Source: an uncultured Aquificales bacterium (GTDB taxonomy: Bacteria > Thermosulfidibacterota > Thermosulfidibacteria > Thermosulfidibacterales > Thermosulfidibacteraceae). From it: a stretch of DNA of 15,008 nt. Shown in pieces: positions 1 through 8,902 of this stretch; position 1 is the first letter of the stretch, and each line of letters opens with the position of its first letter. The stretch spans positions 1 to 15,008 of the forward strand of contig CAYPLO010000040.1 in assembly GCA_964411615.1 (NCBI GenBank), in the 5' to 3' direction. Under the pieces are notes generated by a model. That model was given only the letters and a program-made list of their open reading frames with translations. It did not search any database and was not told the origin of the DNA. A program made the position numbers and the translations under genes.

Positions 1-1
1 G

Positions 2-217
2 GGGCTTGTCCTCTATCTTGTTTTCAAAAGTATTGGCCACTATCTTGAACAGGTCCTCAAAGGCACAGTAGAGGTTGTGAAGCTGATACGCCAGGCTCTC
101 CAAAGCATAATCCCCTTCCAACGAAGCCCTTTCCTCTAACTTCCGGTAAATCCTCTCTATCTCTCTGAGCTGGTCCTCTATATCCGCCTTCAGGATACTG
201 TACTTAGCTTCCTCCAC
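2..217 (-). CDS. HEPN-domain (HepT-like) ribonuclease toxin, N-terminal part; runs off the window
   Basis: Not in the ORF track. Manual translation from GTG at 217 (upstream GGAAGGTG SD-like) gives [72 protein letters not shown] with no stop before the edge. The LHNLYxAFEDLFxxVAxxFEN helix resembles HepT-like HEPN proteins, and the gene lies directly after an MNT gene (28-nt overlap). The catalytic RX4-6H motif would lie outside the window. Confidence 0.8.
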   Translation of the reverse strand, partial: MEEAKYSILKADIEDQLREIERIYRKLEERASLEGDYALESLAYQLHNLYCAFEDLFKIVANTFENKIEDKP

Positions 218-540
218 CTTACACCTTCCCTCTCTATCCTATCTCTGAGCCTGTGCCCCTCAAGCTGGATAATGTCCACATCCCTTCCCAGCTTACCGGA
301 AAGAAATGCCATGGCCCTGAAGAAGTCCTCATCCCCAAGGCCGAGAAAGGCCACATCTATATCGGAGTGCTCCGTGAATCTGTAGGGCACGGTGAGGGAA
401 CCGAATACAAAGGCCTCATCAAATCGCACCAGAAGTGACAGCTCCTCCAGGGCTTCAAAGACCTTCCTGAGGGTCTCTCTCCTTAGAGCCTCGGACCGCT
501 CCCTCCTTTTCCTGATGGCCTCTTCCAGAAGCCAGGTCAT
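190..540 (-). CDS. Minimal nucleotidyltransferase (MNT/MntA-like antitoxin), Pol-beta superfamily
   Basis: 116 aa with FVFGS-X11-DIDVA and GRDVDII motifs; C-terminal RIEREG is typical of MNTs; immediately upstream of a HEPN-like gene. Confidence 0.88.
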   Translation of the reverse strand: MTWLLEEAIRKRRERSEALRRETLRKVFEALEELSLLVRFDEAFVFGSLTVPYRFTEHSDIDVAFLGLGDEDFFRAMAFLSGKLGRDVDIIQLEGHRLRDRIEREGVRWRKLSTVS

Positions 541-1265
541 CCCAGAAGGTTAAGCTGCATGCGCATAAGCCGAATCATGCTCTTTACCGCACTCATGCCA
601 ACCTGAGAGAGGGTGTAGAATCTGGTCTGTTCGGTTATGGCCTGGGCAAGGTCTGTGTCCACCATCCTGGAGTAGGAGGCCATGGTGTTCTCCCTCTGAA
701 CCTGGTAGTTGGAGATTCTCGCTTGGTAGCCGTTTATCAGCGCACCAAGATTCCCCCTGTCGGAGGCAACCTTCCTGATGGCCTCATCCAGCCTTCCCAA
801 GGCCTCCTGGGCACCTTCAGGGGTGGTAAGGTTGATGTCAGATATGTTCAGGTCCTCTGCAGAGGCGTTAAGAAGCCTCTGATTGTTGAACTGGGTGTCG
901 GTGTTTATCCTGTTCAGCTCCTCCCTAAGCTGCTCAAACTCAGCCTGGATACTGGCCCTGTCCTCAGCAGTCAAAGTGCCGTTTCCCGCCTGAACCGCCA
1001 GCTCCCTCATCCTCTGTAGGATATCTCCTATATTGGACAACCCGCCCTCGGCGGTCTGGGTCATATTTATCATGTCCTGAAGGTTCCCTTCCCTGCCGAA
1101 GAGCTCCCTGATGACGGCGTTGAGCTTCTCGGCCATGGCTAATGCAGCTGGATTGTCAGAAGCGGAGTTTATACGCCTTCCGGTGGCTATCTGGCGGGAT
1201 GTGTTTCTCATCTCCTCCATGTACCTCTGAAGACTGCTCAAAAGCCCGGTGCCCTCAACCCTCAT
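537..1265 (-). CDS. Flagellin-family protein, unusually short (242 aa)
   Basis: N-terminal domain motifs [50 protein letters not shown]-terminal domain motifs RGNLGA, [16 protein letters not shown] and terminal LNLLG. Strong SD (GGGGAGGGGG) before the ATG. Confidence 0.9.
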   Translation of the reverse strand: MRVEGTGLLSSLQRYMEEMRNTSRQIATGRRINSASDNPAALAMAEKLNAVIRELFGREGNLQDMINMTQTAEGGLSNIGDILQRMRELAVQAGNGTLTAEDRASIQAEFEQLREELNRINTDTQFNNQRLLNASAEDLNISDINLTTPEGAQEALGRLDEAIRKVASDRGNLGALINGYQARISNYQVQRENTMASYSRMVDTDLAQAITEQTRFYTLSQVGMSAVKSMIRLMRMQLNLLG

Positions 1266-1293
1266 AGCCCCCTCCCCTCTCTTTCTGGGTATC

Positions 1294-1321
1294 AGTATAA
1301 TCCCTAAAAAGAGCCCAGCAA
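1294..1321 (-). promoter_or_regulatory. Putative sigma70-type promoter for the flagellin-MNT-HEPN unit (TTGCTG-N16-TATACT)
   Basis: On the minus strand TTGCTG (1321-1316), 16-nt spacer, TATACT (1299-1294), 28 nt upstream of the flagellin ATG. The -10 lies in the largest intergenic gap (38 nt) of the minus-strand run. Motif match only. Confidence 0.4.
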
Positions 1322-2074
1322 CCTCTCAACCGCCTCCCTGCCAGAAGGGCCCATATTCCAGGTTAGTTGGTTAACGAAGGCATCTATGTGCTTCTTTATA
1401 ACATCCTCTGAAAGCTCCTGGGCATGCCGTTTAACAAAGGGCATAACCTCATCCACGTGCTCCTTGGCGTAGGCTATGCTCTCCCTTATGGCATCCTCAA
1501 CTGCCCTTTTGAGGCTGGATAGCTCCCTCCTTATCACCACACCACCCAGTGGCACAGGCAGATTCCCCACCTGCTTCCTCCAAAGCTCTCCCAAATCCGC
1601 AAGAAGCATGAGGCCGTAATCCTGATAGGTGAATCTCCCCTCGTGGATAAGTATCCCGGCGTCAACCTCCCCTTTGACAACAGCTGGTATAATCTCGTCA
1701 TACCTCATTAAGAGAACCCTCTCGGGAGGGGGCAGCAGCCTTCTGTAGAGCATGTAGGCTGTGGTGTGCCTTCCCGGAGCAGCAAGGGTCCTCAGCTTAC
1801 TGACAGAGATGGGAGACTTTGATATCACAACGGGGGCCTCCTCAAAGCCAAAGGCACCACCGGCATCAAGGAGCAGATAACCATCCTTCACCTCCGGCAG
1901 GACCCCTATGGAGACCTTTGAGATGTCCAGCTTTCCCCTTATTACGAGGCTGTTCAGCTCCTCCACGTCAGCCATAACAACAGACACCTCTCCCAAGGAG
2001 GTGAGGCCCCTTGAGAGGGCGTAAAAGATAAAGGTGTCGTTGGGGCAGAAGGAGAAGCCAAGGCTAAGCGGCAC
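1304..2074 (-). CDS. mqnD: 1,4-dihydroxy-6-naphthoate synthase (futalosine menaquinone pathway)
   Basis: Motifs [68 protein letters not shown] start overlaps the rnc end by 11 nt. Confidence 0.92.
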   Translation of the reverse strand: MPLSLGFSFCPNDTFIFYALSRGLTSLGEVSVVMADVEELNSLVIRGKLDISKVSIGVLPEVKDGYLLLDAGGAFGFEEAPVVISKSPISVSKLRTLAAPGRHTTAYMLYRRLLPPPERVLLMRYDEIIPAVVKGEVDAGILIHEGRFTYQDYGLMLLADLGELWRKQVGNLPVPLGGVVIRRELSSLKRAVEDAIRESIAYAKEHVDEVMPFVKRHAQELSEDVIKKHIDAFVNQLTWNMGPSGREAVERLLGSF

Positions 2075-2750
2075 TGCCGAACAGCCTCCTGTAGAGTATC
2101 ATGGATGCCAGCCTCTCTCCCTCCCTGCGGCTTGAGGCAAATACCACCGCCTTAAAGCCGTTGAGCCTGGCCTCCACCCTCACCTTGCGGTCTTCCTTGG
2201 AGGCCCTGAAGGAGGGGAAGGGTATCCTGCGTCTTCTGCAGGCCTCCATCAGCTTGGACTTGTAGTCCTCTATGGGAGGGACACCTGCATCTATCAGCAA
2301 CCTCCTCACCAGGGACCTGGCCTTTACCACACCACCGTCCACAAGGACGGCCCCAACCAGGGCCTCAAAGGCATCGGCAAGATTGGACTCTCTCTCCCTG
2401 CCCCCCTGCCTCTCCTCTCCCCTGCCAAGGAGGAGGAACTCCCCCAGCCCTATGCGCTTTGCAGCAAAGGCCAGGGCCTCCTCCCTCACCAGCTGGGCCC
2501 TCTTCTTGGTAAGGGTTCCCTCGCTACCCGAAGGGTCCTTCTTAAACAGATGGTGTCCTACGGCGAAGTTGATGAAGGCGTCTCCCAGAAACTCCAGCCT
2601 CTCATTGTCCAGAGGAAGCCCCTCCTCAGAGGCGAAGGAACGGTGTATGAGGGCCTCAAGCAGCAGTTCCCTGTTCCTGAACCGGTACCCTATCCTGCCC
2701 TCAAGCTCCGACAGCCTCTCCTCACACCTTTCTAAATACGAGGCAAGCAT
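2064..2750 (-). CDS. rnc: Ribonuclease III
   Basis: Signature [42 protein letters not shown]; divergent C-terminal dsRBD; usual position after acpP-fabF. Start uncertain (29-nt overlap with fabF). Confidence 0.95.
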   Translation of the reverse strand: MLASYLERCEERLSELEGRIGYRFRNRELLLEALIHRSFASEEGLPLDNERLEFLGDAFINFAVGHHLFKKDPSGSEGTLTKKRAQLVREEALAFAAKRIGLGEFLLLGRGEERQGGRERESNLADAFEALVGAVLVDGGVVKARSLVRRLLIDAGVPPIEDYKSKLMEACRRRRIPFPSFRASKEDRKVRVEARLNGFKAVVFASSRREGERLASMILYRRLFGSAA

Positions 2751-3954
2751 TTACGCCACCAAAGCCGAAGGAGTTGGAGAGGGCCACCTTAACCTCCCCC
2801 TCCCTGGCCTGGTTGGGCACGTAGTCTAAGTCACAGTCCGGGTCCGGATACTCGTAGTTTATGGTGGGAGGAATCACACCCTCAGCGATTGTCTTCACGG
2901 TGAACACAGCCTCAACGGCACCTGCAGCACCCAGCAGATGGCCTATCATGGACTTGTTGGAGGAGATGGGAACCCTGTAGGCCGCATCACCGAAAACCCT
3001 CTTTATGGCAAGGGTCTCCGTCTTATCGTTCAGGGGGGTTGAGGTGCCGTGGGCGTTTATGTAGTCCACATCCTCCGGATTAACCCCGGCATCCCTGAGG
3101 GCCCTCTCCATGGCAAGGGCGGCCCCCTCACCGTTTTCGTCGGGCATGGTTATGTGATAGGCATCGCTGCTCATGCCGTATCCTACCACCTCTGCGTATA
3201 TCCTGGCACCCCTTTTCTTAGCATGCTCGTAGTCCTCAAGAACCAGGATACCGGCCCCCTCTCCTATGACGAAACCGTCCCTCTCCCTGTCAAAGGGCCT
3301 TGACGCCCTCTCAGGCTCATCGTTGCGGGTGGAGAGGGCCCTCATGACGGCAAAGCCCGCAACACCCAAGGGGCAGACGGCAGCCTCGGCACCACCTGCA
3401 ATCATGATGGGAGCATCCCCCCTCTGGATGATTCTGAAGGCGTCCCCTATGGCGTTGGTCCCCGTGGCACAGGCGGTGACCACCGCGTTCTGTGGACCCC
3501 TGAAGCCATACCTCATGGCCACCATGGCGGAGGCCATGTTGATTATGGCCATGGGGATGAAGAAGGGAGAGAGCCTTCTGGGGCCCTTAGTGGCGAGAAT
3601 CTGGCAGTTCTGCTGGATGGTCTGCAACCCCCCTATGCCGGAGCCTATGAGCACCCCCACAGAGTCCCTGTCTATGGAATCCAGGTCCAGACCGCTGTCC
3701 TTCAATGCCTCCTCGGTGGCGGCCACGGCGTACTGGAGGAAGAGGTCCGTTCTTTTCAGTTCCTTCTTGTCAAAGTACTTGGAGCCGTCAAAGTTCTTAA
3801 CCTCCCCGGCTATACGGGAGGAGATGTCCGAAGCGTCAAACTTGGTGATGGGCCCTATGCCGGACACACCGGCTACAAGCTTCTCCCAGCTCTCCTCAAC
3901 GCTGTTTCCCAGAGGGGAGATGCATCCAAGGCCCGTTACAACTACCCTCCTCAC
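2722..3954 (-). CDS. fabF: 3-oxoacyl-ACP synthase II
   Basis: [15 protein letters not shown] (catalytic Cys), [29 protein letters not shown]; 410 aa. Confidence 0.97.
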   Translation of the reverse strand: MRRVVVTGLGCISPLGNSVEESWEKLVAGVSGIGPITKFDASDISSRIAGEVKNFDGSKYFDKKELKRTDLFLQYAVAATEEALKDSGLDLDSIDRDSVGVLIGSGIGGLQTIQQNCQILATKGPRRLSPFFIPMAIINMASAMVAMRYGFRGPQNAVVTACATGTNAIGDAFRIIQRGDAPIMIAGGAEAAVCPLGVAGFAVMRALSTRNDEPERASRPFDRERDGFVIGEGAGILVLEDYEHAKKRGARIYAEVVGYGMSSDAYHITMPDENGEGAALAMERALRDAGVNPEDVDYINAHGTSTPLNDKTETLAIKRVFGDAAYRVPISSNKSMIGHLLGAAGAVEAVFTVKTIAEGVIPPTINYEYPDPDCDLDYVPNQAREGEVKVALSNSFGFGGVNACLVFRKV

Positions 3955-4205
3955 GCCCCCTTCTCCTCCAGCTTGCCCTTCACGTACTCAATGGCGTCCT
4001 TAACAGTCCTTATCTTCTCGGCATCCTCGTCGGGTATCTCAATGTCAAAGGCCTCCTCAATGGCCATCACCAGCTCCACCACATCAAGGGAATCGGCCCC
4101 CAAATCGTCCACGAAGGAGGCATCGGGGGTCACCTCGCTCTCATCCACGTTGAGCTGCTCCACGATAATCTCCTTAATCTTTGCCTCAATCTCCTTCACA
4201 TCCAT
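3951..4205 (-). CDS. acpP: Acyl carrier protein
   Basis: [20 protein letters not shown] with the phosphopantetheine Ser. ATG at 4205 preferred over TTG at 4211 because the AGGAGG SD (4217-4212) lies 6 nt upstream of it. Confidence 0.97.
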   Translation of the reverse strand: MDVKEIEAKIKEIIVEQLNVDESEVTPDASFVDDLGADSLDVVELVMAIEEAFDIEIPDEDAEKIRTVKDAIEYVKGKLEEKGA

Positions 4206-4228
4206 GCCCAACCTCCTGGATTTGTTGT

Positions 4229-4960
4229 TTAAAGGGACAGACCGCCGTCCACAACCAGGACCTGCCCCGTTATATATGAAGCCTCCTCAGAGCACAAGAA
4301 GCCCACAAGGGCAGCCACATCCTCAGGTCTGCCGGCCCGCTTCAGGGCCGTAGCCTCAACCATGGCCCTTTTGGCCTCATCGGGCAGGGAAGAGGTCATG
4401 TCCGTCTCTATGTATCCAGGACAGACGGCGTTGACGGTTATGTTTCTGCTGCCCAGCTCCTTGGCAAGGGCCTTGGTGAAGCCTATAAGCCCCGCCTTGG
4501 CGGCACAGTAGTTGCTCTGCCCCTGGTTGCCCGTGAGGGCCACAACGGAGGAGATGTTCACTATCCTGCCCCATCTTCTCTTCATCATGCCCCTCACCAC
4601 CGCCTTTGTAACCAGAAAGGCCCCCTTGAGATTGGTGTTCATCACCTGGTCCCACTGCTCCTCGCTCATCCGGGGAAGGATGGTGTCCCTTGTTATACCC
4701 GCGTTGTTCACGAGCACCTCAACAGGGCCCTCCTTCTCCTGGACGAAAGAGACCATCTCCTTCACCTGCTCAGGGTTGGAGACATCGGCCCTCACAGGAT
4801 AGGCAATCCCACCCTTTGAGGTTATGGCCTCAACAACCTCACGGGCCGCTTCTTCAGAAGACGCATAGTTCACAAAGACCTTATATCCCATTGAGGCGAG
4901 CTTCAGACATATAGCCCTTCCTATACCTCTGCTTCCACCTGTGACAAGGGCTACCCTCAT
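4229..4960 (-). CDS. fabG: 3-oxoacyl-ACP reductase
   Basis: SDR motifs [47 protein letters not shown]; lies between fabD and acpP. Confidence 0.96.
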   Translation of the reverse strand: MRVALVTGGSRGIGRAICLKLASMGYKVFVNYASSEEAAREVVEAITSKGGIAYPVRADVSNPEQVKEMVSFVQEKEGPVEVLVNNAGITRDTILPRMSEEQWDQVMNTNLKGAFLVTKAVVRGMMKRRWGRIVNISSVVALTGNQGQSNYCAAKAGLIGFTKALAKELGSRNITVNAVCPGYIETDMTSSLPDEAKRAMVEATALKRAGRPEDVAALVGFLCSEEASYITGQVLVVDGGLSL

Positions 4961-5874
4961 CTCAGTCCCTCCAGCTTGGGAAGCTGGGCAGGTTTTTCCA
5001 CGTTGAGCACCTTAAGCCTTCTGTCCGTCTTTCTTATGAGGCCGGAAAGCACCCTTGAGGGTCCCACCTCCACGAAGGTGTCAACACCCCTGTCCCTCAT
5101 ATACAGAACGCTCTGGTACCATCTAACAGGGGAGACCACCTGCTCTATGAGAAGCTCCCTCTCCCTATCCCCTTCCACCACCTCCGTGGCAAGAACATTG
5201 GACACCACGGGAACACGGGCATCCCCGAAATCCATAACGTCAAGCACCTCTTTCAGTCTTCTGGCGGCAGGCTCCATGAGGGAGCAGTGAAAGGGGGCAC
5301 TAACCTTCAAGGGGACCACCCTCTTTGCCCCCCTTTTAGACAACAGCTCGGAAGCCTTCTCAACTGCTTCGGCCTTTCCAGCTATGACCACCTGCTCAGG
5401 CGAGTTGTAGTTGGCAGGCTCAACCACACCATCAACCTGGGAGCAGACCTCCTCAACCACCTCAGGGGCAAGACCTATAACGGCGGCCATGGCCCCTTCA
5501 CCCGGGGGAACCGCCTCCTGCATGAACTGCCCCCTCCTCCTCACCGCATAGACGGCGTCCCCAAAGCTCATCATTCCAGAAGCCACACAGGCGGTATACT
5601 CACCAAGACTGTGGCCTGCAAAGAAGGCCACCTCCCCCAGTATGCCCTCAACAACCCTGTATATGGCGTAGCTCACCGTGAGAATTGAAGGCTGGGTGTT
5701 CTCCGTGAGCTTCAGCTCCTCCTCAGAGGCCTCAAAGCAGAGCTTCGCCATGTCAATGCCCAGCCTGTCCGAGGCCTCCTCAAAGACCTCCCTCACCTCA
5801 GGATACGCATGGTAGAACTCCTTCCCCATACCGGCGTATTGAGAACCCTGTCCCGGAAAGACAACGGCAACCAT
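4957..5874 (-). CDS. fabD: Malonyl-CoA:ACP transacylase
   Basis: VFPGQGSQ, NTQP, GHSLGEY, VSAPFH, SPVRW, EVGP. True start is ATG 5874 (or GTG 5877) coupled to the fabK stop; the ORF track extension to 6009 overlaps fabK and is spurious. Confidence 0.96.
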   Translation of the reverse strand: MVAVVFPGQGSQYAGMGKEFYHAYPEVREVFEEASDRLGIDMAKLCFEASEEELKLTENTQPSILTVSYAIYRVVEGILGEVAFFAGHSLGEYTACVASGMMSFGDAVYAVRRRGQFMQEAVPPGEGAMAAVIGLAPEVVEEVCSQVDGVVEPANYNSPEQVVIAGKAEAVEKASELLSKRGAKRVVPLKVSAPFHCSLMEPAARRLKEVLDVMDFGDARVPVVSNVLATEVVEGDRERELLIEQVVSPVRWYQSVLYMRDRGVDTFVEVGPSRVLSGLIRKTDRRLKVLNVEKPAQLPKLEGLR

Positions 5875-6824
5875 CACTCTCCCCCAAACCGCCTGCACTT
5901 CTCCCTGAGCAGCTCCGCAGCCCCGCTGATAATCTCGTCTATTATCTCCTTCACACTCTTCTCCTCCTTGAGGAGCCCCACAATCTGCCCGGCCATCACG
6001 GAACCCCACTCCACATCCCCATCAAGGGCCGCCGCCTTGAGGGCACCGACACCGAGCTTCTCTATCTCCTCCTTGGGGGCACCCTGCCTTTCAAGCTGCT
6101 CAAACTTTCTGGCCAGTTTGTTCTTTATCACCCTTACGGGATGGCCTGTGCTCCTTCCCGTGACCACCGTATCCCTGTCCCTCGCCTTTATGTAAGCCCT
6201 TTTCCAGTTCTCGTGGACCCCACACTCCTTGGAGAGGGCGAATCTGGTCCCCATCTGGACCCCCTCCGCCCCCAGCATCAGAGCCGCCAGAAAGCCCCTG
6301 GCGTCCCCTATGCCTCCGGCGGCTATCACGGGAACGTCAACCGCATCAACAACCTGGGGCACTAAGGCCATGGTGGCTATCTCCCCTATGTGTCCACCGG
6401 ACTCCATACCTTCAGCTATAACCGCATCAACCCCCTCCCTCACCACCCTCTGGGCAAGGGCCACAGAGGCAACAACGGGAATCACCCTTATCCCCGCCTC
6501 CTTCAGGGGCTTCACGTACTTGCCCGGATTGCCGGCACCTGTGGTGACAACCGCAACCCTCTCCTCTATAACAACCCTCACTATATCCTCTGCGTAGGGG
6601 GACATGAGCATTATGTTGACCCCGAAGGGCTTGGCGGTAAGCTCCCTGGTCTTTCTTATCTGCTCCCTAACCTCCTCAGGGTTGAGGTGTCCTGCGGCTA
6701 TAACGCCCAATCCACCCGCCTCGGAGACGGCAGAGGCAAGTCTGTAGTCGGATACCCAGGCCATACCCCCCTGAATTATGGGATACTCTATACCGCACAG
6801 CTCGCAGACCCTGGTGTAGAACAT
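5874..6824 (-). CDS. fabK: Enoyl-ACP reductase II (FMN-dependent; nitronate monooxygenase family)
   Basis: YPIIQGGMAWV, VSEAGGLG, PFGVNIMLMSP, TTGAGNP, EGMESGGHIG, AAGGIGD, QMGTRF, GSVMAGQ; embedded in the fab cluster. Confidence 0.93.
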   Translation of the reverse strand: MFYTRVCELCGIEYPIIQGGMAWVSDYRLASAVSEAGGLGVIAAGHLNPEEVREQIRKTRELTAKPFGVNIMLMSPYAEDIVRVVIEERVAVVTTGAGNPGKYVKPLKEAGIRVIPVVASVALAQRVVREGVDAVIAEGMESGGHIGEIATMALVPQVVDAVDVPVIAAGGIGDARGFLAALMLGAEGVQMGTRFALSKECGVHENWKRAYIKARDRDTVVTGRSTGHPVRVIKNKLARKFEQLERQGAPKEEIEKLGVGALKAAALDGDVEWGSVMAGQIVGLLKEEKSVKEIIDEIISGAAELLREKCRRFGGE

Positions 6825-6836
6825 CTTCCTCCCCCG

Positions 6837-7814
6837 TCACCACCTTATGAGCATGGCCCCCCAGGTGAGCCCGGCACCAAAGGCCACAAGCAAAAGCAAA
6901 TCCCCTCTTTTAACCCTGCCGTCCTCAAGGGCCTCACCCAGGGCTATGGGAATAGACGCAGCCGAGGTGTTGCCGTATCTATCTATGTTCACAACCACCC
7001 TGTCCATAGAAAGGCCCAGCCTTTTGGCCAGGGTGGATATGATTCTTATGTTGGCCTGATGGGGAATCAGCCAGTCTATCTCCTCCTTGGACACCCCCAT
7101 CTGGTCGAGAAGCTCCAAGGAGACGTTGGCCATCTCCCTGACGGCTATCTTGAACAGCTCGTTCCCCCTCATCTTGGCGTAATGGAGCCTCTCTTTTATC
7201 ACCTCCTCGGTCAGCTCCATGGCTGTGCCCCTGGCAGGCATATAGAGCAACTCCCCATAGGAGCCATCGGCGTGGAGCCTGAAGCCCAGAATTCCCCTGT
7301 CCTCCTCCGTTGCAGAGACAACGGCGGCTCCGGCCCCATCACCGAATAGGACACAGGTGGACCTGTCCTGGAAGTCTATAATCCTGGTGAGCCTCTCAGC
7401 GCCAATCACCAGAACGTTCCTGTAAAGGCCTGACTTCACGTAGGCCGCCGCCACAGAGAGGCCATATACGAAGCCCGTGCAACCGGCCGCCAGGTCAAAG
7501 GCGGGAACACCGTTGAGCCCGAGCTTGGCACCGATGAGGCATGCGGCAGAGGGGAAAAGCATGTCCGGGGTTGCTGTGGCGCATATAATCAAGTCTATCT
7601 CTTCCCTGGGGACTCCAGAACGTTCAATGGCCTTTTCCGCCGCTTTTTTTCCCATATCGGAGGTGTTCTCGTCGGGGGCACTTCTCCTCCTCTCCTTTAT
7701 CCCTGTCCTCTGGGTTATCCACTCGTCGGAGGTGTCAAGGTAGGACTCAAAGTAGGCGTTGGTGAGAACCTCCTCCGGCACATAGTAGGCAAGGCCGCTA
7801 ACGAATGCGTTCAC
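6837..7814 (-). CDS. fabH: 3-oxoacyl-ACP synthase III
   Basis: DTSDEWITQRTGIKERR, AAGCTGF, LFGDGAGA, IPHQANIRI, YGNTSAASIP, FGAGLTWG; Cys-His-Asn triad intact. Confidence 0.97.
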   Translation of the reverse strand: MNAFVSGLAYYVPEEVLTNAYFESYLDTSDEWITQRTGIKERRRSAPDENTSDMGKKAAEKAIERSGVPREEIDLIICATATPDMLFPSAACLIGAKLGLNGVPAFDLAAGCTGFVYGLSVAAAYVKSGLYRNVLVIGAERLTRIIDFQDRSTCVLFGDGAGAAVVSATEEDRGILGFRLHADGSYGELLYMPARGTAMELTEEVIKERLHYAKMRGNELFKIAVREMANVSLELLDQMGVSKEEIDWLIPHQANIRIISTLAKRLGLSMDRVVVNIDRYGNTSAASIPIALGEALEDGRVKRGDLLLLVAFGAGLTWGAMLIRW

Positions 7815-8902
7815 TCCTCACCTCCCTCCTCCTCAACCAGCACCCTGAGCTGGGAAAACTTGCCCTTAATCTGCCTCCATATACCTTTCCCAACTCCAAC
7901 AACATCCTGAACGGCCTGGATGTTCCTCTCTATCCGCTCGTTCACCCTCTTTTCCGACATATCTACAGCAACTTTGATAGCATTTGCAATAGCTTCAGAA
8001 TTGGAGGAGCCATGGCATATTATGCATGTCCCCCTGACTCCAAGAAGGGGTGCGCCACCAAAGGCCCTGTAGTCCACCCTCTCCCTCATCTCCCTCAGTC
8101 CCCTCCTGAGGAAGAGGTAGGCCAGACGGGTGAAGATGCTGCGCCTGAAGACACCTTTGAGCAGGTGGGATATGAAGGAGGATGCGCTCTCGCTTATCTT
8201 CAGAGCCAGGTTCCCCACAAAGCCATCGCACACAACCACATCGGCTCTGCCCTCGTAGAACTCCTTGCCCTCTATGTTCCCCACAAAGTTTATCTGGGGA
8301 ATGGACTTCAGAAGCAAAAATGCGTTGCGGGTTAGACCGTTCCCCTTCAGGTCCTCCTCCCCTATGCTGAGTAGCCCTATCCTGGGATTCTCCCTCCCCA
8401 GGATGGTCCTTGCGTATATCTGCCCCATAACGGCAAACTCAACTATGTGCTCCGGCTTGCTGTCAACGTTGGCCCCCGCATCTATCAGAACGAAGGGGTC
8501 CCTCTTGGAGGGGAGTGTGACTGCAATGGCGGGACGGGATATACCCTCCAGGGTCCCGAGAATCATCTTGGCTCCAAGCATGACGGCGCCGGTGTTGCCG
8601 GCACTGACGAAGACCTGGGCAGCCCCGGACTTCACAAGCTCAAGCCCCACCCTTATGGAGGAGCGGCGCTTCTTCCTGAGGGCGGCAAGGGGCTGCTCGT
8701 CCATACGCACCACTTCGGGGGCGTGCTTTACAAGGATGCGCTGCTCCCCCTCGGCTCCCAGACGCCTCAGCTCCTGCTGAAGTATCTCCTGGTCGCCTAC
8801 TAAGATTATCTTGTGGCTTACAAGGCCGAGTGCCTCTAAAGCTCCCTTGACAGTCTCAGAGGGGGCGAAGTCGCCCCCCATGGCGTCAAGGGCTATCCTC
8901 AA
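7811..8902 (-). CDS. plsX: Phosphate acyltransferase PlsX
   Basis: IALDAMGGDFAP, SAGNTGA, RPAI, DAGANVD, IGEEDLKG, GNIEG, DGFVGN, GGAPLLG, CHGSS. TTG start overlaps the rpmF stop (TTGA). Confidence 0.96.
   Translation of the reverse strand: MRIALDAMGGDFAPSETVKGALEALGLVSHKIILVGDQEILQQELRRLGAEGEQRILVKHAPEVVRMDEQPLAALRKKRRSSIRVGLELVKSGAAQVFVSAGNTGAVMLGAKMILGTLEGISRPAIAVTLPSKRDPFVLIDAGANVDSKPEHIVEFAVMGQIYARTILGRENPRIGLLSIGEEDLKGNGLTRNAFLLLKSIPQINFVGNIEGKEFYEGRADVVVCDGFVGNLALKISESASSFISHLLKGVFRRSIFTRLAYLFLRRGLREMRERVDYRAFGGAPLLGVRGTCIICHGSSNSEAIANAIKVAVDMSEKRVNERIERNIQAVQDVVGVGKGIWRQIKGKFSQLRVLVEEEGGEE

Noticed and set aside
1304..1330. Possible intrinsic terminator at the end of mqnD (GAGAG...CTCTTTTT on the minus strand)
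   Set aside because: The stem is only about 5 bp with a G-U pair and lies within the coding sequence; too weak to call.
5875..6009. N-terminal extensions in the ORF track for fabD (to 6009), yceD (to 9700), rlpA (from 13429), rsmI (from 11635) and folE2 (from 12899)
   Set aside because: Family homology begins at downstream starts that coincide with stop/start overlaps or better signals; there is no evidence for frameshift fusions.
6390..7349. Long antisense ORFs (6390-7349, 3266-4003, 8996-9805, 2272-2829, 9760-10350, 13175-13708 and others)
   Set aside because: They lie opposite well-conserved genes, show no recognisable motifs, and are expected shadows of biased codon usage at this GC content.
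2722..7814. Possible type II PKS or specialised lipid cluster (KS, ACP, KR, AT, nearby thioesterase)
   Set aside because: Single canonical FabF/FabH/AcpP in the standard rpmF-plsX-fab-rnc context, with no chain-length factor or tailoring enzymes; this is primary fatty-acid synthesis.
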